A stretch of DNA of 64,000 nucleotides from Octopus sinensis (taxonomy: Eukaryota). The notes under the pieces were generated by a model, which was given only the letters and a program-made list of their open reading frames with translations, was not told where the DNA came from and did no database searches. Position numbers and translations under genes: made by a program. Below, in pieces: positions 37,524-51,289 of the stretch. The DNA lies in the NCBI RefSeq assembly GCF_006345805.1, contig NC_042999.1:110174001-110238000 (forward strand), in the 5' to 3' direction. How positions within the stretch are numbered: the stretch's first letter is position 1; every line of letters begins with the position of its first letter.

Positions 37524-37636
37524 CTTCTTCTTCTTCTTCTTCTTCTTCTTCTCTTCTTCTTCTTCTTCTTCTTCTTCTTCTTCTTCTTCTTCTTCTTCTT
37601 CTTCTTCTTCTTCTTCTTCTTCTTCTTCTTCTTCTC
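37478..37636. repeat. (GTT)n(CTT)n trinucleotide microsatellite
   Basis: Direct reading. Confidence 0.97.
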
Positions 37637-37936
37637 ATTACCATTGTTGTTATCATTATTTCTTTTCATCACAGGTTTTGTTAGAACTCCTGGAGTCTTG
37701 CATACATAGCGGGCTTGCTGCCTGCAGCCTACAGTACCATGCTATCTGTTCTGGGAGTGGTAAAATAAGGTACTGGGTATGTACTGGGATCAATTTCATC
37801 AAGCCTATTGCATGAATCAGTATACGATGGACTAGCAGGGTTTAGTAGAGCCAAAGTCCTTGCCCAACCATTTGGCTCTGCAGCAGTTACATCAGTATTA
37901 TTTGTGTACCACTCTATACTACTGCAAACATACACT

Positions 37937-37986
<50 letters not shown>

Positions 37987-38108
37987 ACACACACACACAT
38001 ACACACATACACACACATTAACACATATACACACATATTTTTGATAATCAAACTCCTATTTTTCCTGTCTGCCTGTTTATCTAGCATTCTGTCTGTCTGT
38101 TTAATTTG

Positions 38109-38141
<33 letters not shown>

Positions 38142-38446
38142 TACATATAAATATACATACATAAATAAATATAAATATACACACACACACACATATATAT
38201 ATATACATATACACACATTCTGTACATATATATATGTATGTGTATTTTTGTACTTACATATATGTGTGTTTATTTATAATATATAAGTGAATGTATATCA
38301 ATGTGCAGGAATGTAAACATATTTTTTCTTCTCTCTCTCTCTCTCTCTCACTCATACACTATCTGTATGTGTGAATGTATGCCTGTGTGTGCACATATAT
38401 CCATTCATCCATGCATGCATTTATGCATACATACATGCATACACAA

Positions 38447-38485
<39 letters not shown>

Positions 38486-38980
38486 CTATTGTATTATATT
38501 TGTATTAAGATATGTAGTATATTGTTCATATTAAAAAAATATATTCACATTTTCATCTTGGATATTTACAAAACTACTATGATGAATTAATGTATAAACT
38601 TAAACTTATTCCCATTAAGATTGGATCATTTTTTACTGTAAAAATTAATGAAAAAAATAATTGATACTTCTATAAAGTTTGTCCTTTTTCATTCAAAACA
38701 TTACATTTCTTGTAGTAAATAACTTCTCAATCAAGTTCTTGTGTTTTTGCTTGTTTGTATAAAATATATATTTTTCTAGTAGCAGTAATTGGTGGTCTTT
38801 TTTCTTTTATAGTCTTTGTGCTTATTATAATACACACACACTCATATATATATATATATATATATGTACATACACTTACATATATATACATATATACATA
38901 CACACACATATATATACACACATGTATATACTATATATATATATAGACACATATATATAAATATATGTACAGATATATAT

Positions 38981-39011
<31 letters not shown>

Positions 39012-39756
39012 ATATATATAGATATATATATATATATACATACACACACATATATATACATGTATATATATACTCATATTGCAAATATATTTGATATTTT
39101 ATTCCAAACTTTTTCTTTCTAAGTAACTAGAAGATGAAGTTTTATAATAACTTTTAGATCTTAGAAGCTGTTTTTAGTAAAAAGAAGTAAAAAAAATCTA
39201 ATAAAAACAGTAAAAACTCTTAAATCTTCACTATGCATTTTTCTAAATAAGTCATAAATCTTGAATAATACATTTTTTAAAAAGAAATTAGATTTTGATG
39301 TAAGCCCATTTCTTTCTTCCTTCGAGTGTCTCTGTACCTGTTTCGCCTTTTTTCTTCATAAATAACTTTAAAAACTTACAAAATCTTTATGTAAGGAACT
39401 TTTTAGTTCTACTGTCCCTTAAATTATATATATTTTTTTCATTTCTCTCTCTCTTTTCTTTTAAAAACAAAACTTTTTCAGTATTTTGGGAAGAAACTTT
39501 TAAAAACTTATGAGATCTTATGAAAAAAATCAACTGACTTTTTACCTTCCTCTAGTAATTTAAGTTAGATGACATAGTAGAAATCAGGATTCTGATATTG
39601 AGGGACTCTTTAAGTAAGTTGATCTGAATCGGAGGAATTATATTAATTCCTTTTCTTTTCTGACATCATTTTTATGAGGTTTATTATCTTCCAGCAATTG
39701 TTTATGAAGCCTTTTAATCTATTTATCTAAATAAATATAACTTATTAATTAATTAA

Positions 39757-39941
39757 CATGGCTGTGTAGTGAGAAGTTTGCTTCCCAAGTACATGGGCAA
39801 GCAATCCTCTACTATAGCCTCAAGCCAACTGAAGTCCTGTGTGTGAATTTGGCAGATGGAAAGTGAAAGAAGCCAATCGTATATATATGTGTGTGTGTAT
39901 ATAAATATGTATATATATACATAAATATGTATATGTATATG

Positions 39942-40012
<71 letters not shown>

Positions 40013-40854
40013 GCAGCGTGGAAGGTATGTGTAAGCCATTTAAAAAACACACAAAAGCCGTTCAATTTACTTCAACATTTAAGTTTAATTTGTCAAAATA
40101 TTTTCATCACTATAAGACCGCGACCTGTTCACTGACAAAAGTCCGTGCTGCATCTGAGAAAGTAACAGTTAGTTCGTTATATATATGTATGTATGTGTGT
40201 ATGTATACACGCATGTATGCATGCATGCATGTATGTATGTATGTACGTACGTACGCCTGTGTGTATGTATGTATGTGTGTGTATATGCATGCACATACAC
40301 ACTATAAACTTAAAGCTATAAACCTGTAGTGATGGATAGATGTAGACTGACCACTCATCACAACAATATCAAATTTCAACCTCCCCACCCCCCGCCGAAA
40401 CTAGGAAGTGATTTACGACCCCTCCCCCCCCTCCGCAAGTCAAAACTCTAAAACCTATTATCAGACATTTATCTCTATATCACAAAACTTTTGTTTTACT
40501 ATTACTTATCTTTTTTTTTTCCCCTTACATCTAGTTAGTTCAGGTTATATATATATACACACACGTATGTATGTGTGTATGCATGTACGTACGCATGTGC
40601 GTATGTACGTGTATGTGCACGTATGCATGTGCCTATGTATGTGTGTGCATACATGTACGTGCGTATGTACGTGTGTATGCCCATACGCAGGTATGTATGT
40701 ATGTTTGTACTTATGTGCTACGTATGTATGTGAGTATCTAGGAGAATGGGCAGACGCATCTGTGTGCGTGTGTACATGTGTATGTGCATGTGAACGGATG
40801 TCCGTGTATATATATATATATAATATATAACTATGTATGTATATATATATATAT

Positions 40855-40897
<43 letters not shown>

Positions 40898-41113
40898 TAT
40901 ATATATTTGTGTCTCTGTCTCTCATCACCACTTAACAATTGGTGTTGGTTTGTTTATGTTTCCATTGCTTAGTGGTTTGACTAAAGAGACTGACAGAATA
41001 AATAGCTTGAGCATAGAAAAGTACTGGGATCCACTCATTCAACTAAAATTCTTTGAGTGGGTGCCCCAGCTTGGCCACAGTCTAATGACTGAAACAGATA
41101 GAAGATAAAAGAG
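39757..41113 (+). mobile_element. Old SINE family A copy whose central microsatellite has expanded and received insertions
   Basis: 5' half at 39757-39885, 3' half at ~40905-41113; in between are (TA)n/(TG)n tracts and the 40010-40178 insert. Confidence 0.6.
40089..40139 (-). ncRNA. Variant hammerhead motif with GUGAACA core (G3-C8)
   Basis: Minus strand: TTTGTCA-GTGAACA-G-GTCGC-GGTCTTATA-GTGAT-GAAA-ATATTT-TGACAAA; 7-bp stem I, 5-bp stem II with two G-U pairs, palindromic AAATATTT. Confidence 0.6.
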
Positions 41114-41196
41114 TAGTTTTGATAAATAACTAATAATATAACAGAAGATTATTTTTTTGCTGATTATTTTGGGTATATAATGCTGCCTAACCTGTA

Positions 41197-41425
41197 TTAA
41201 CCTTTCGTTATCATATTTCTCTTGAGATGCTCTGTATTGCTTTCAATTAATTTCAAATATAACAAAGAATTTAGTAAAATAACTTAGTTATCATTAAACT
41301 AGTGTTAAGAACATAAATTGTGACTAAGGTCTGGTGGAAGATTTTAATTCAAAACTTATGAAAACAAGACATTTGTACTACAGAGCCAGCAGTGGTTTCA
41401 GCCAGGTTGGTATCAAAAGGGTTAA
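41197..41425 (-). mobile_element. piggyBac-type MITE (family D) with TTAA at both ends
   Basis: TTAA|CCTTTCG...AAAAGGG|TTAA; reverse complement of the 13172 copy. Confidence 0.88.
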
Positions 41426-41466
41426 TATATGATAATTATGGTGACTTTTTTTCTTATTTCAAGAAT

Positions 41467-41865
41467 AGTGGCCGTGTGGTAAGTAGCTTGCTTACCAACC
41501 ACATGGTTCCGGTTTCATTCCCTCTGCGTGGCACCTTGGGTAAGTGTCTTCTACTATAGCTTCGGGCCGACCAAAGCCTTGTGAGTGGATTTGGTAGACG
41601 GAAACTGAAAGAAGCCCGTCGTATATATGTATATATGTATATATATGTGTGTGCGTGTTTGTGTGTCTGTGTTTGTCCCTCCAACATCACTTGACAACCG
41701 ATGCTGTTGTGTTTACGCCCCCATAACTTAGCGGTCCGGCAAAAGAGACCGATAGAATAAGTACTAGGCTTACAAAGAATAAGTCCTGGGGTCGATTTGT
41801 TCGACTAAAAGGTGGTGCTCCAGCATGGCCACAGTCAAATGACAGAAACAAGTAAAAGAGTAAGA
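41467..41865 (+). mobile_element. SINE family A
   Basis: Near-full copy. Confidence 0.92.
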
Positions 41866-41989
41866 ATTTATTTTATTTATTTATGAGTTTGCTAAAATTA
41901 GCACTCAAATCTCTCTCAACTCACTCTTTACCACCCTAAATGAGGAAGGACATAGTAGATATTGTAGTTGAAGGTATTAACACATGGGT

Positions 41990-42135
41990 TAATAATACTT
42001 TCTACTGAAGGCACAATACCTGAAATTTTGGGGGAGGGGACTAGTCAATTACATTGACTCCAGTGTGTAACTGGTACTTAATTTATTGACCCCAAAACAA
42101 TAAAAGGCAAAGATGACCTCCGTGGAATTTGAAAA
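41990..42135 (-). mobile_element. SINE family B fragment
   Basis: CCTGAAATTTTGGGGGAGGGGACTAGTC..AACTGGTACTTAATTTATTGACCCC. Confidence 0.8.
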
Positions 42136-43124
42136 AAGGGTTAATGAAGAAGGACACACTGGGCATTGTAGTTGAAGATATTAAAAATGGGTTAGTAATG
42201 ACTGGAACATCTTTTGACCATAAACTGGTCCAGCGATGGCCGATTGGAGCTGAGCCAGAACAACAACAATAATAACAAAACAACAACAACAGCAGCTGCC
42301 TTAATGTTAATCAAAAAATAATTAATGCAATAGTTGTGTTGGATATTTGGCTATCATGAGTACATTTTTTGCAACTCAAATGATGTTCTTGTCTTAGCTA
42401 CCAGCAATGTCTTTTATCTTTAGTAGCATGAGAACTTCATATTTAAGGTTCAGCTCCATTCTCATAGCAATGGAGAATTGGAAATATTTTGTCTAGGTGA
42501 TAGCATCTCTTCCAGTATTGATAACAGCTGAATTTTGCCAAAAACAATAGATTATGATTTTATACCCAAGGGAAGTCATACCACAATTCACAGTTCTACA
42601 AGCTCTCGAGTCTGATTCGGGGGTAGGCTGCATACATTGTTGCATACATTTCCAAAGGTCAGTGCTTCTAAATTTAGCTTTCATCAATAAATGAAGCTTA
42701 GGAACTTCATTTGGGAAAGAAATTAATAAAAGACAATAACAATAATGATAAAAGGAATATTTTTCTCCCCTTATCTTTTTAGAAGGATAGATTAAAAAAA
42801 AAATGAAAGAAAATTCTATATTCTTGGGTAAGCTAGCTTGTTTTACTGAAATTCTCTTTTCATTGTTTCGAAAAGAAATCTATTTTCACATAGAAGAATA
42901 GATGAGGTTATATTTTTCTTTACCAAAAATAATTCCAATCACATTTCAAACTAACACTAAAATGGTAAATCATGGAAGTACTCTTCTGAAAATCCTGTTT
43001 TTACTTTTAACTAGTCCAATACGTCTTTTCAGGAATAGATTACACTGCAATCTCTGTTATCAAGGTAAAGATCTTTTACCTTATTGTTACCTTATTTCTG
43101 TTGAAATATAACACTTTGTTTTAA

Positions 43125-43497
43125 TTAACCTTTTTGATACCAACCCACCTGAGACCACCCTTGAATCTGTGATACAAACCTAACAAAATTTCATGTTTAT
43201 TTATGTTAATTTATGTTCTAAACACCAGGAGAAAGTTATTTTATTAAATTTGTCATTACTCTTAAAATTAATGGGAAGAAAGGCAGTGTATTTCAACAGA
43301 AATAAGGTAGACAAAAGTTAATTTTGAAAAGAATGAAGAATTTTAGGAAATCAACTTTGGCATTAAACTGGCGGCTGGAACATAAATTAGCATCTAACTT
43401 TCACTGAAAGTTTTAATTTAAGTCACTTTACAGAAAAAAATGTGTTATCTTAAAACCATGGGGTGATCCCAAGGTGGATTGACATCAAATCAGTTAA
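43125..43497. mobile_element. Two old family D piggyBac MITEs in opposite orientation
   Basis: TTAACCTTTTTGATACCAACCCACCTGAGAC..AAAAGTTAA, then a reverse-oriented copy ending GGTGGATTGACATCAAATCAGTTAA. Confidence 0.6.
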
Positions 43498-43689
43498 ATA
43501 AAGGAATCTCTCACTCATCAGATCATGATATGTTTTCTCATGAATTGTGGAAACATATATTATTTGATTCAAAGTTTGACTCTCTTATCTGAAAGTACTG
43601 CTGCTATCCAGGATAAATAAAGATGCTGAGTGTCACATATCGGTCTTCTGTGTTTCATTTGATGAAAATACATTTCATACAAATAGACA

Positions 43690-43771
43690 CATGTAAATAT
43701 ATGCATGCTTGACTTAGCCCCTTCCCGCAAAATCTCAGACCTTTTGCCTATAGTTGAAAGGATTATTGTTA

Positions 43772-43808
<37 letters not shown>

Positions 43809-44565
43809 TATTATCATTAAGGTGGCTAGCTGACAGAATTGCTAATGCGTTTAACAAAATGGTTTGCAGTGTTTCTTCCAGCTTTACTTTGTAAGTTCGA
43901 AAGGCAACAAGGTTGACATTGCCTTTCATCCTTTTGGGATGGTTAAAATAAGTACTAATCAGGTACTGGGGTCAATGTTATCAACATCTCGCTCCCCACA
44001 GAAACCACTGGCCTTGTGCTTAAATTTGAAGCGAGGAGAATTGTTAGCATACCAGGTGAAATTCTTAGCAGCATTTCATCCTTTCTTACGTTTTGAGTTC
44101 AAATTCCGCCAAGGTCAACTTTAGTGGAGGTACATGGCTTAGTGGTTAGGGTGTTGAACTCATGATCGTAAGGTTGTGGTTTCGATTCCTGGACCGGGCA
44201 ATGTGTTGTGTTCTTGAGCAAAACAGTTCATTTCCCATTCCTCCAGTCCACTCAGCTGGCAAAAATGAGTAATCCTGCGATGGACCAGCGTCCCATCCAG
44301 GAGGGGAAATTTCTACGCTACTGAAACTGGGAAACCGGCCCTTATGATCCTGGCATGGCTCGAGAAGGAACAATATCAACTTTGCTGTTCAGCCTTTTGG
44401 GGTCAATAAATTAATTACCAGTTGCATATTGGGCTCAATCTAATCGACTGGCCCCCTCCACAAAAGTTTTGGGCCTCGTACATAGAGTAGAAAAGAATAA
44501 ATTAAGTATCAGTGAAACACCTCGACCAAATTTCAGGCCTTGTGTCTATCATAGAAAAGATTATT
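43690..44565. mobile_element. Cluster of SINE family B copies around a (TTA)n tract
   Basis: Several B-family segments; one is split by the 44123-44375 SINE. Confidence 0.75.
44123..44375 (+). mobile_element. tRNA-derived SINE (family G-type head) with 8-bp TSD TCAACTTT
   Basis: TGGCTTAGTGGTTAGG (A box) and GGTTTCGATTCC (B box); TCAACTTT at 44115-44122 and 44376-44383. Confidence 0.88.
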
Positions 44566-45097
44566 ATAATTAAGGTGGCAAGCAGCAGCTTGACCTCTTT
44601 ACAGGGCTTTGAAGACTGATGGGAAAGAGAAGTTATTCTAAAACTGGAAACCTAGTCCAAATGCTTGAAACAGAGTGGACTCTGTTACAGGCATAAAAGC
44701 ATCAAAGTTGTTAAAGGAGATGGTGTTAAACCAGTTGTTGTTGTTGACCGTGGTAATGTTTATTGCTGTTGTTGCTGATGTTGATGCCATTGGCAATGGT
44801 GCGATGATGTTCATGTGTAATATTGTTTTTGCTGTTGGTTGTGATCGTGGTGTTTGTTGTTGTTATTATTGTTGTCGGTGGTTGTGTAGTGGGGGTGAGG
44901 GTAGGAGTGGTGTTGATAGCATTTATTGCTGTTGGTTGCAGTGGTATTTATTGTTGTTGCTGGTATAAGTATTTATTGTCTGTGGAGGTGGTAGTGGTGG
45001 TGATTACGGTCATGGTGGTGGTGCTGCTGCTGGTAGTGACAGTGGTGGTGTTTATTGTCATTATTTATGTTGTGTCTGTGGTATTTGTTGTTGTTGT

Positions 45098-45418
45098 GGA
45101 GGCGCGTGGCTTAGTGGTTAGGGCATTCGGCTCATGATCATAAGGTCATGAGTTCAATTCCTGGCGGTGTGTTGTATCCTTGAGCAAGACACTTTATTTC
45201 ACATTGCCCCAGTCCACTCAGCTGGCAAAAACGAGTAGTACCTGTATTTCAAAGGGCTAGCTTTGTTCCATTCTCTGTCACGCTGAATCTCTCTGAGAAC
45301 TATGGTAAAGATTCACGTGTTTGTGGAGTGCTCAGCCACTTGCATGTTAATTTACAAGCAAGCTGTTCGTTGATTGTATCAGCTGGGACCCTCGTTGTCG
45401 CAACCGACGGAGTGCTCC
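45098..45418 (+). mobile_element. tRNA-derived SINE family G
   Basis: GGAGGCGCGTGGCTTAGTGGTTAGGG..GAGTTCAATTCC..CCTTGAGCAAGACACTTT..ACCGACGGAGTGCTCC; homologous to 55340-55676. Confidence 0.9.
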
Positions 45419-46184
45419 TAAATTTGTTGCTGTGGCTGTTTTTGTGTTAGCAGAGCTGGTGTATATTCTTTTGTTGTTGTCGGTGGTTAGCATTTGTTGT
45501 TGTTTTCGGGTTTAGATCAGAACTACACTGGAAGGCCTATGATCAGATTTGTTCTAGCGTTCAACAGCTCATCTTTATGTCTAGCAGAAACTACACTGCT
45601 CATGATATCCTTTATAAAAGACAGTACAACATAATTCTCCTTCTGTCTCCTTGAGATGGAATTTGATAACAAAGATGCTACATATTTCTTTGAATATAGA
45701 ATTTGCAGAAGTAACATTGTTTGACGGATATGTCATTCAAAACTAATGACAGCTTGGGAATTGCTGCTCCTTACTGAAAGTCAACGGAAAAAGAACAATA
45801 TGATTTCAGGGAAATTTAGTTGCTATTTCTAGCAAGTTGAGTGACCTGGCAAAGGCTCCCTTATTGGCTCATATACTACCGTATTACCAGTTAGCTCTGT
45901 ATGTATCCATATAATCCCTAGAGCCCTAGAAATATAAATTCTAAATATTAACTTTACGTGGATTGGGGGGATGAACATTTCCATGACTTTCTTATTTGTT
46001 GATTATCTTTAAATGAGTCTTCATTCAACCCTTTTTTTTTTTTTCACCTTAATTGCTGTTTCTGATTTTAATATTTCTTTCAAAAGTTCATTTCTGTATA
46101 TAGAAAACACAAACGCACAGCAAAAATACAATAATTCTTGACACTATTTTTTTCCTTTATTTACAATTTTGTGCAAATATTTTT

Positions 46185-46189
<5 letters not shown>

Positions 46190-46238
<49 letters not shown>

Positions 46239-46565
46239 TATACAGTATATAGATAATTATATATATATATATATAGCATATATATAATATATATTTACAC
46301 ACATATACATACACACACACACATGCACATATATGTATAAATATGTATATATATATAGATATATAGATATACATGTATATCATGTATATATATTGTTCTT
46401 CTTTGCATCACTGAGTTCCTGGAAGTTTAGTTTTAGTTTTCTGATTCTTTCTAACTATGTTTCCTTATTGGAAGAATTGTATTGCAATCATACTGGAACA
46501 AAATATTTGATTCTAGTGGAAAACTTTTCAGTATATATACATATATTTATACACACTTGAATGGC

Positions 46566-46597
<32 letters not shown>

Positions 46598-46812
46598 GAC
46601 AAAATATACACATTGATACACTGATATACCAATATATATATACATATATGTGTGTGTGTATCTGTGTGCTTATGTGTGAGTATGTATAGAGGTATATTCA
46701 TGCATAAATACATATTTGATATTGTATGTGTGAGACACACATAAATATATACACAAACATACACATTAACATACACACATATTTACATTTCCATACATGT
46801 ACATAATTGACA

Positions 46813-46868
<56 letters not shown>

Positions 46869-46892
46869 ATATATATTATATATAATATATAT

Positions 46893-46935
<43 letters not shown>

Positions 46936-48003
46936 GTACATATAAATATGTATATATACAAATACACAAATGCACCCCCACACATACATATATACATATA
47001 TATATACATGCATGCGTGCATACATACATGTTCATTCCTATCTATGTGTATAGTATATATAATTTGATTGAGCTAAGGAAAGAAATTATTCTGAGATTCT
47101 TTCTATCTTGGATATTTTGATTAGCAAGAATCTTGGTATTATTTTGATTAGACTAACTGAATATATTTTGTTGACAAATAAAAACGTCGCAAAGACTTTG
47201 ATGAATGACGCTTAATGCTGTTAGCTAAACATTCATTAGTAAGTCGGCTTTCATTTCTTTGTTCAATTTCCAGTTCGTCCTTTTTCTTCTTCCCCCCCGT
47301 CTCTTCCCATCTTTCACCTACTCCTCGTGCTCCTCCGAATGTGTCTTCTCTTTCTTCTTTCTCTTCTTCTTTTTCTTTGTTCTATCATTACCTTGTTCAA
47401 TCTCTCACAATCACAGCACTGCATTGATATCATGTATATCAACCAACCTGTTATCTTTGCTTTAAAGTCATTTCTCTCACATATTTGAATTCCAGCTGTG
47501 TGTTCCAATATTCTTGCACAATGGCTAAAAATTACATTTGAATATGAATACAAGAGGTGCATATGTATGTATGTGTGTGTGTGCATGCATGTGTGTGTGT
47601 GTGTAAGCATGTGTGCATGTATATACATCTAAAATAATCACACATGCTTCATTATCTCATACTTAGATACATGATGTAATACATAATCTTATATATATTC
47701 ATTTATGTGAATATGTGTGTTCATGTATATAATACATACATACATACATACACACACACACTCACATATAGAGAGAAAGTTATATGCATGAATACATTAT
47801 ATAATATATTTATATATAACATTTATACATATAATAAATACATTTATGTTATATAACATATAAACTACATAATATATATACATATATAAATATATTCAAT
47901 ATATATGTGTGCGTGTATGTGCGTATATATATATATATATATATATGATATAATATACCCATATATAATATATATACATAAATATATATGTGCATATGTA
48001 TGT

Positions 48004-48042
<39 letters not shown>

Positions 48043-48270
48043 GCACACATATATGTATATACAAAGATAAATACATATATATACATACATACATACATAT
48101 GTGCATATATATATATGCATATGTGTGTGTATGTATATATATAAGCACATATATGTGTATATATGTATATATATATATATATGTATATTGATATGCACAC
48201 ACATACATATATATATATATATATGTGCATATGTATGTGTATGTCTGACTCTGTGTAAATGTACACACAC
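46190..48270. repeat. Blocks of (TA)n/(TG)n/(CA)n microsatellite interleaved with short unique segments
   Basis: Direct reading. Confidence 0.85.
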
Positions 48271-48471
48271 ACTCACACATACTACCAAATGCTGTTCCCA
48301 CAAGTGAGCATGCTTTACCTTTATATCTTGTCTCCAGCTTCACCCAAATTTTCCCCATTCTTCAACTATTGCTGTTTTACAAGCGCCACATCTCTGCTGA
48401 CCACAAGACGAAGCTACTGTTTCTTTCATTCTCATAAAAGATATAATTCCTTAATAGTTTATTCAAATGGG

Positions 48472-48566
48472 GAAATTAAGGAATTTGAAGCCACTGTCTA
48501 AAACTAAGGAATTTGATGCTTGTGTCTAAATGGAAAGTTAAAGAATTTGATGCTATCTTCTAAATT
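48472..48566. repeat. Short tandem repeat, 3 x ~28-33 bp
   Basis: TAAGGAATTTGA.GC....TCTAAA repeated three times. Confidence 0.7.
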
Positions 48567-49243
48567 GTTTATTTCTCTAATCGGAAAAATTTCCATTTGA
48601 TAAATATTACATAATAACTATAGCAGCATACAAACACACACACACACACACACACATACAAACACTCAGACATATGTGCACATACACCTTTACACACTCA
48701 CATGTATATCTCTCTTCTCATACACACATGATTAAGTACACACACACACACGTATATTTATACATTCAGATTATATAGAATGTGAAATTAAACTCAGAAG
48801 GGTGTCCTTCTTATAACTAAGAAATAATTAAAAAGGATGGATTTCATGTAGATGCATAAAAGATATTGTTAATTTTTTTTTCCAAAAATTAAAAGTAATT
48901 TTGAGATATACAAGAATAGATACAATGAGGGAAGATGAGTGCGACTGTCTTAACAGCGATAAGTAACTGGATATAGCGTAGTTAATTGATATATACAAAC
49001 TTACAAGCATACATATATAGATATAGATATAGGTACAGATATTGTTGATATCAGAAGAATTTGTAGATTTTGAGAGAACATGAAGTAATTCTTTTTTGGA
49101 ATGTTCAATACTGAAGAAGATAAGTCTATAAATATGGTTTTAAAAACCATGGGCAGCCTTCGACCTTTTTCATGCTATATATACATGCTATTATATATAT
49201 AGTGATTGCTGCTTCAAGTTCTACAGTTCAATAAAAGTAATAT

Positions 49244-49293
<50 letters not shown>

Positions 49294-49333
49294 ATATATA
49301 TATATATATGTATATATGTGTATATATATATAT

Positions 49334-49364
<31 letters not shown>

Positions 49365-49597
49365 CGCACAAAATTAAGAGGAATGACCACTAAAGTGGAC
49401 ACATATATGCTAAACATAAACGTCAAATCGCCATTACCATGAAGAGTACTTTTTAAATATGCTACGCCACTGGTTTTAATTGATTAATATCAATTTCTAC
49501 TCTTATTACACACACACACACACCACATATATATATACAATTGTTCGTTTGTTTTCCACCTGCCTTCGTCTTTTGTTTATTTTCATAAAGCTTCCCG

Positions 49598-49632
<35 letters not shown>

Positions 49633-49675
49633 GGTTGTGTGTGTTGTAAATATAAATCTATAATAGTATATATAT

Positions 49676-49735
<60 letters not shown>

Positions 49736-49761
49736 ATATATATATATATACACGTATATAT

Positions 49762-50055
49762 GGAGGCGCAATGGCCCAGTGGTTAGGGCAGTGGACTTGT
49801 GGTTTAGGATCGCGGTTTCGATTCCCAGACCGGGCATTGTGAGTGTTTATTGAGCGAAAACACCTAAAGCTCCACGAGACTCTGGCAGGGGGTGGTGGCG
49901 ATCCCTGCTGTACTCTTTCGCCACAACTTTCACTCTTTCTTCTGTTAGCCTGCTCGCTTAGCCAGCGGGGTGGCATCATTTGAAGGCTAAAACAATACGA
50001 AGCGCATTGTGACCAGCGATGTGTAGCAACATCTGATAGCCTGGTCGGTCTCATG
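49762..50055 (+). mobile_element. tRNA-derived SINE family F, full length, embedded in (TA)n
   Basis: GGAGGCGCAATGGCCCAGTGGTTAGG (A box) and GGTTTCGATTCCC (B box); (TA)n on both sides. Confidence 0.9.
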
Positions 50056-50320
50056 ATATATATATATATATATATATATATGTATTTATGTATTTATAGA
50101 TATATATATATGTGTGTGTGTATATATATATGTATAAGTACATGCATACATATATATGTATATATATATATATATTATACATACATATATATATGTATAC
50201 GTATATATATTATACATACACATATATATATATATCTACCTATTTCTCTATCTATTGATATATGTATATATATATATTATATATATATATATATAATTAC
50301 GAATATATGCATATACATAT

Positions 50321-50359
<39 letters not shown>

Positions 50360-50502
50360 TATATGTATCTCTATATTTATATATATATGCGTGTGTATGT
50401 GTGTGTGTGCGTATGTATACGCATACGCATGCAAAAATGTATATATATTTACACAATACATACACACATAAACGTATATAAATAATTAACTATCTATCCA
50501 TA

Positions 50503-50670
50503 GGTGTAGGCGTGGGTGTGTTGTAAGAAGCATGCTTCACAACCTTACGGTTCCGGGTTCAGTCCCACTGCGTGGCACCTTGGGCAAGTGTCTTCTGCTG
50601 TAGCCTCAGGCTGACCAACCAAAGCCTTGTGAGAGGATTTGATAGACGGAAAGTGAAAGAACCCTTTCGT
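50503..50670 (+). mobile_element. SINE family A 5' half running into (TA)n
   Basis: GGTTCCGGGTTCAGTCCCACTGCGTGGCACCTTGGGCAAGTG. Confidence 0.88.
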
Positions 50671-50704
50671 ATATATATGTATATATATTATTATATATAT
50701 ATAG

Positions 50705-50737
<33 letters not shown>

Positions 50738-50765
50738 TTGTGTATGTATAATATATGTGTATATA

Positions 50766-50814
<49 letters not shown>

Positions 50815-50816
50815 TA

Positions 50817-50866
<50 letters not shown>

Positions 50867-50994
50867 GTATATATATATCCCCATCACAACTGCTTCTTTA
50901 TAACTATTTAAATCATTATTTTAAAACATTTTCCAGAAATATTTACAAGCAATTTTGTGAAAATATGTTTTTGAGAATTAGATTGTGTTGTAGT

Positions 50995-51252
50995 TGTGCC
51001 CCTTGTGCCAGTAACACGTAAAAAAGCACCATCTGACGTGGCCAATGCCGTGCCGCCTTGACTAGCTTCCGTGTTGGTGGCATGTAAAAAGCAGCCACTA
51101 CACTCTCGGAGTAGTTGGCGTTAGGAAGGGCAACCAGCTGTAGAAACCTGCCAGATCAGATTGGGGCCTGGTGCAGCCTCCTGGCTTCCCAGACCCCAGT
51201 TGAACCATCCAACCTATGCTAGCATGGAAAACAGACGTTAAATGATGATGAT
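50995..51252 (+). mobile_element. RTE-LINE 3' end (family C)
   Basis: GTTGGCGTTAGGAAGGGCAACCAGCTGTAG..ACGTTAAATGATGATGAT. Confidence 0.85.
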
Positions 51253-51289
51253 TATGTTAAACCATTTCTTAAAAATTGGTACGACTCTC

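Noticed and set aside
37660-37800. Exon after the acceptor-like ttcttttcatcacag|GTT
   Set aside because: Translation is unrecognisable and runs into a SINE B-like segment; the pyrimidine context comes from the adjacent microsatellite.
42360-42700. Coding exon in a unique block
   Set aside because: The frames I checked close quickly or give no recognisable protein or splice pair.
49461-49500. Truncated minus-strand hammerhead (7-bp stem AATTGAT/ATCAATT)
   Set aside because: CUGA is missing and GAAA and NUH are mutated.
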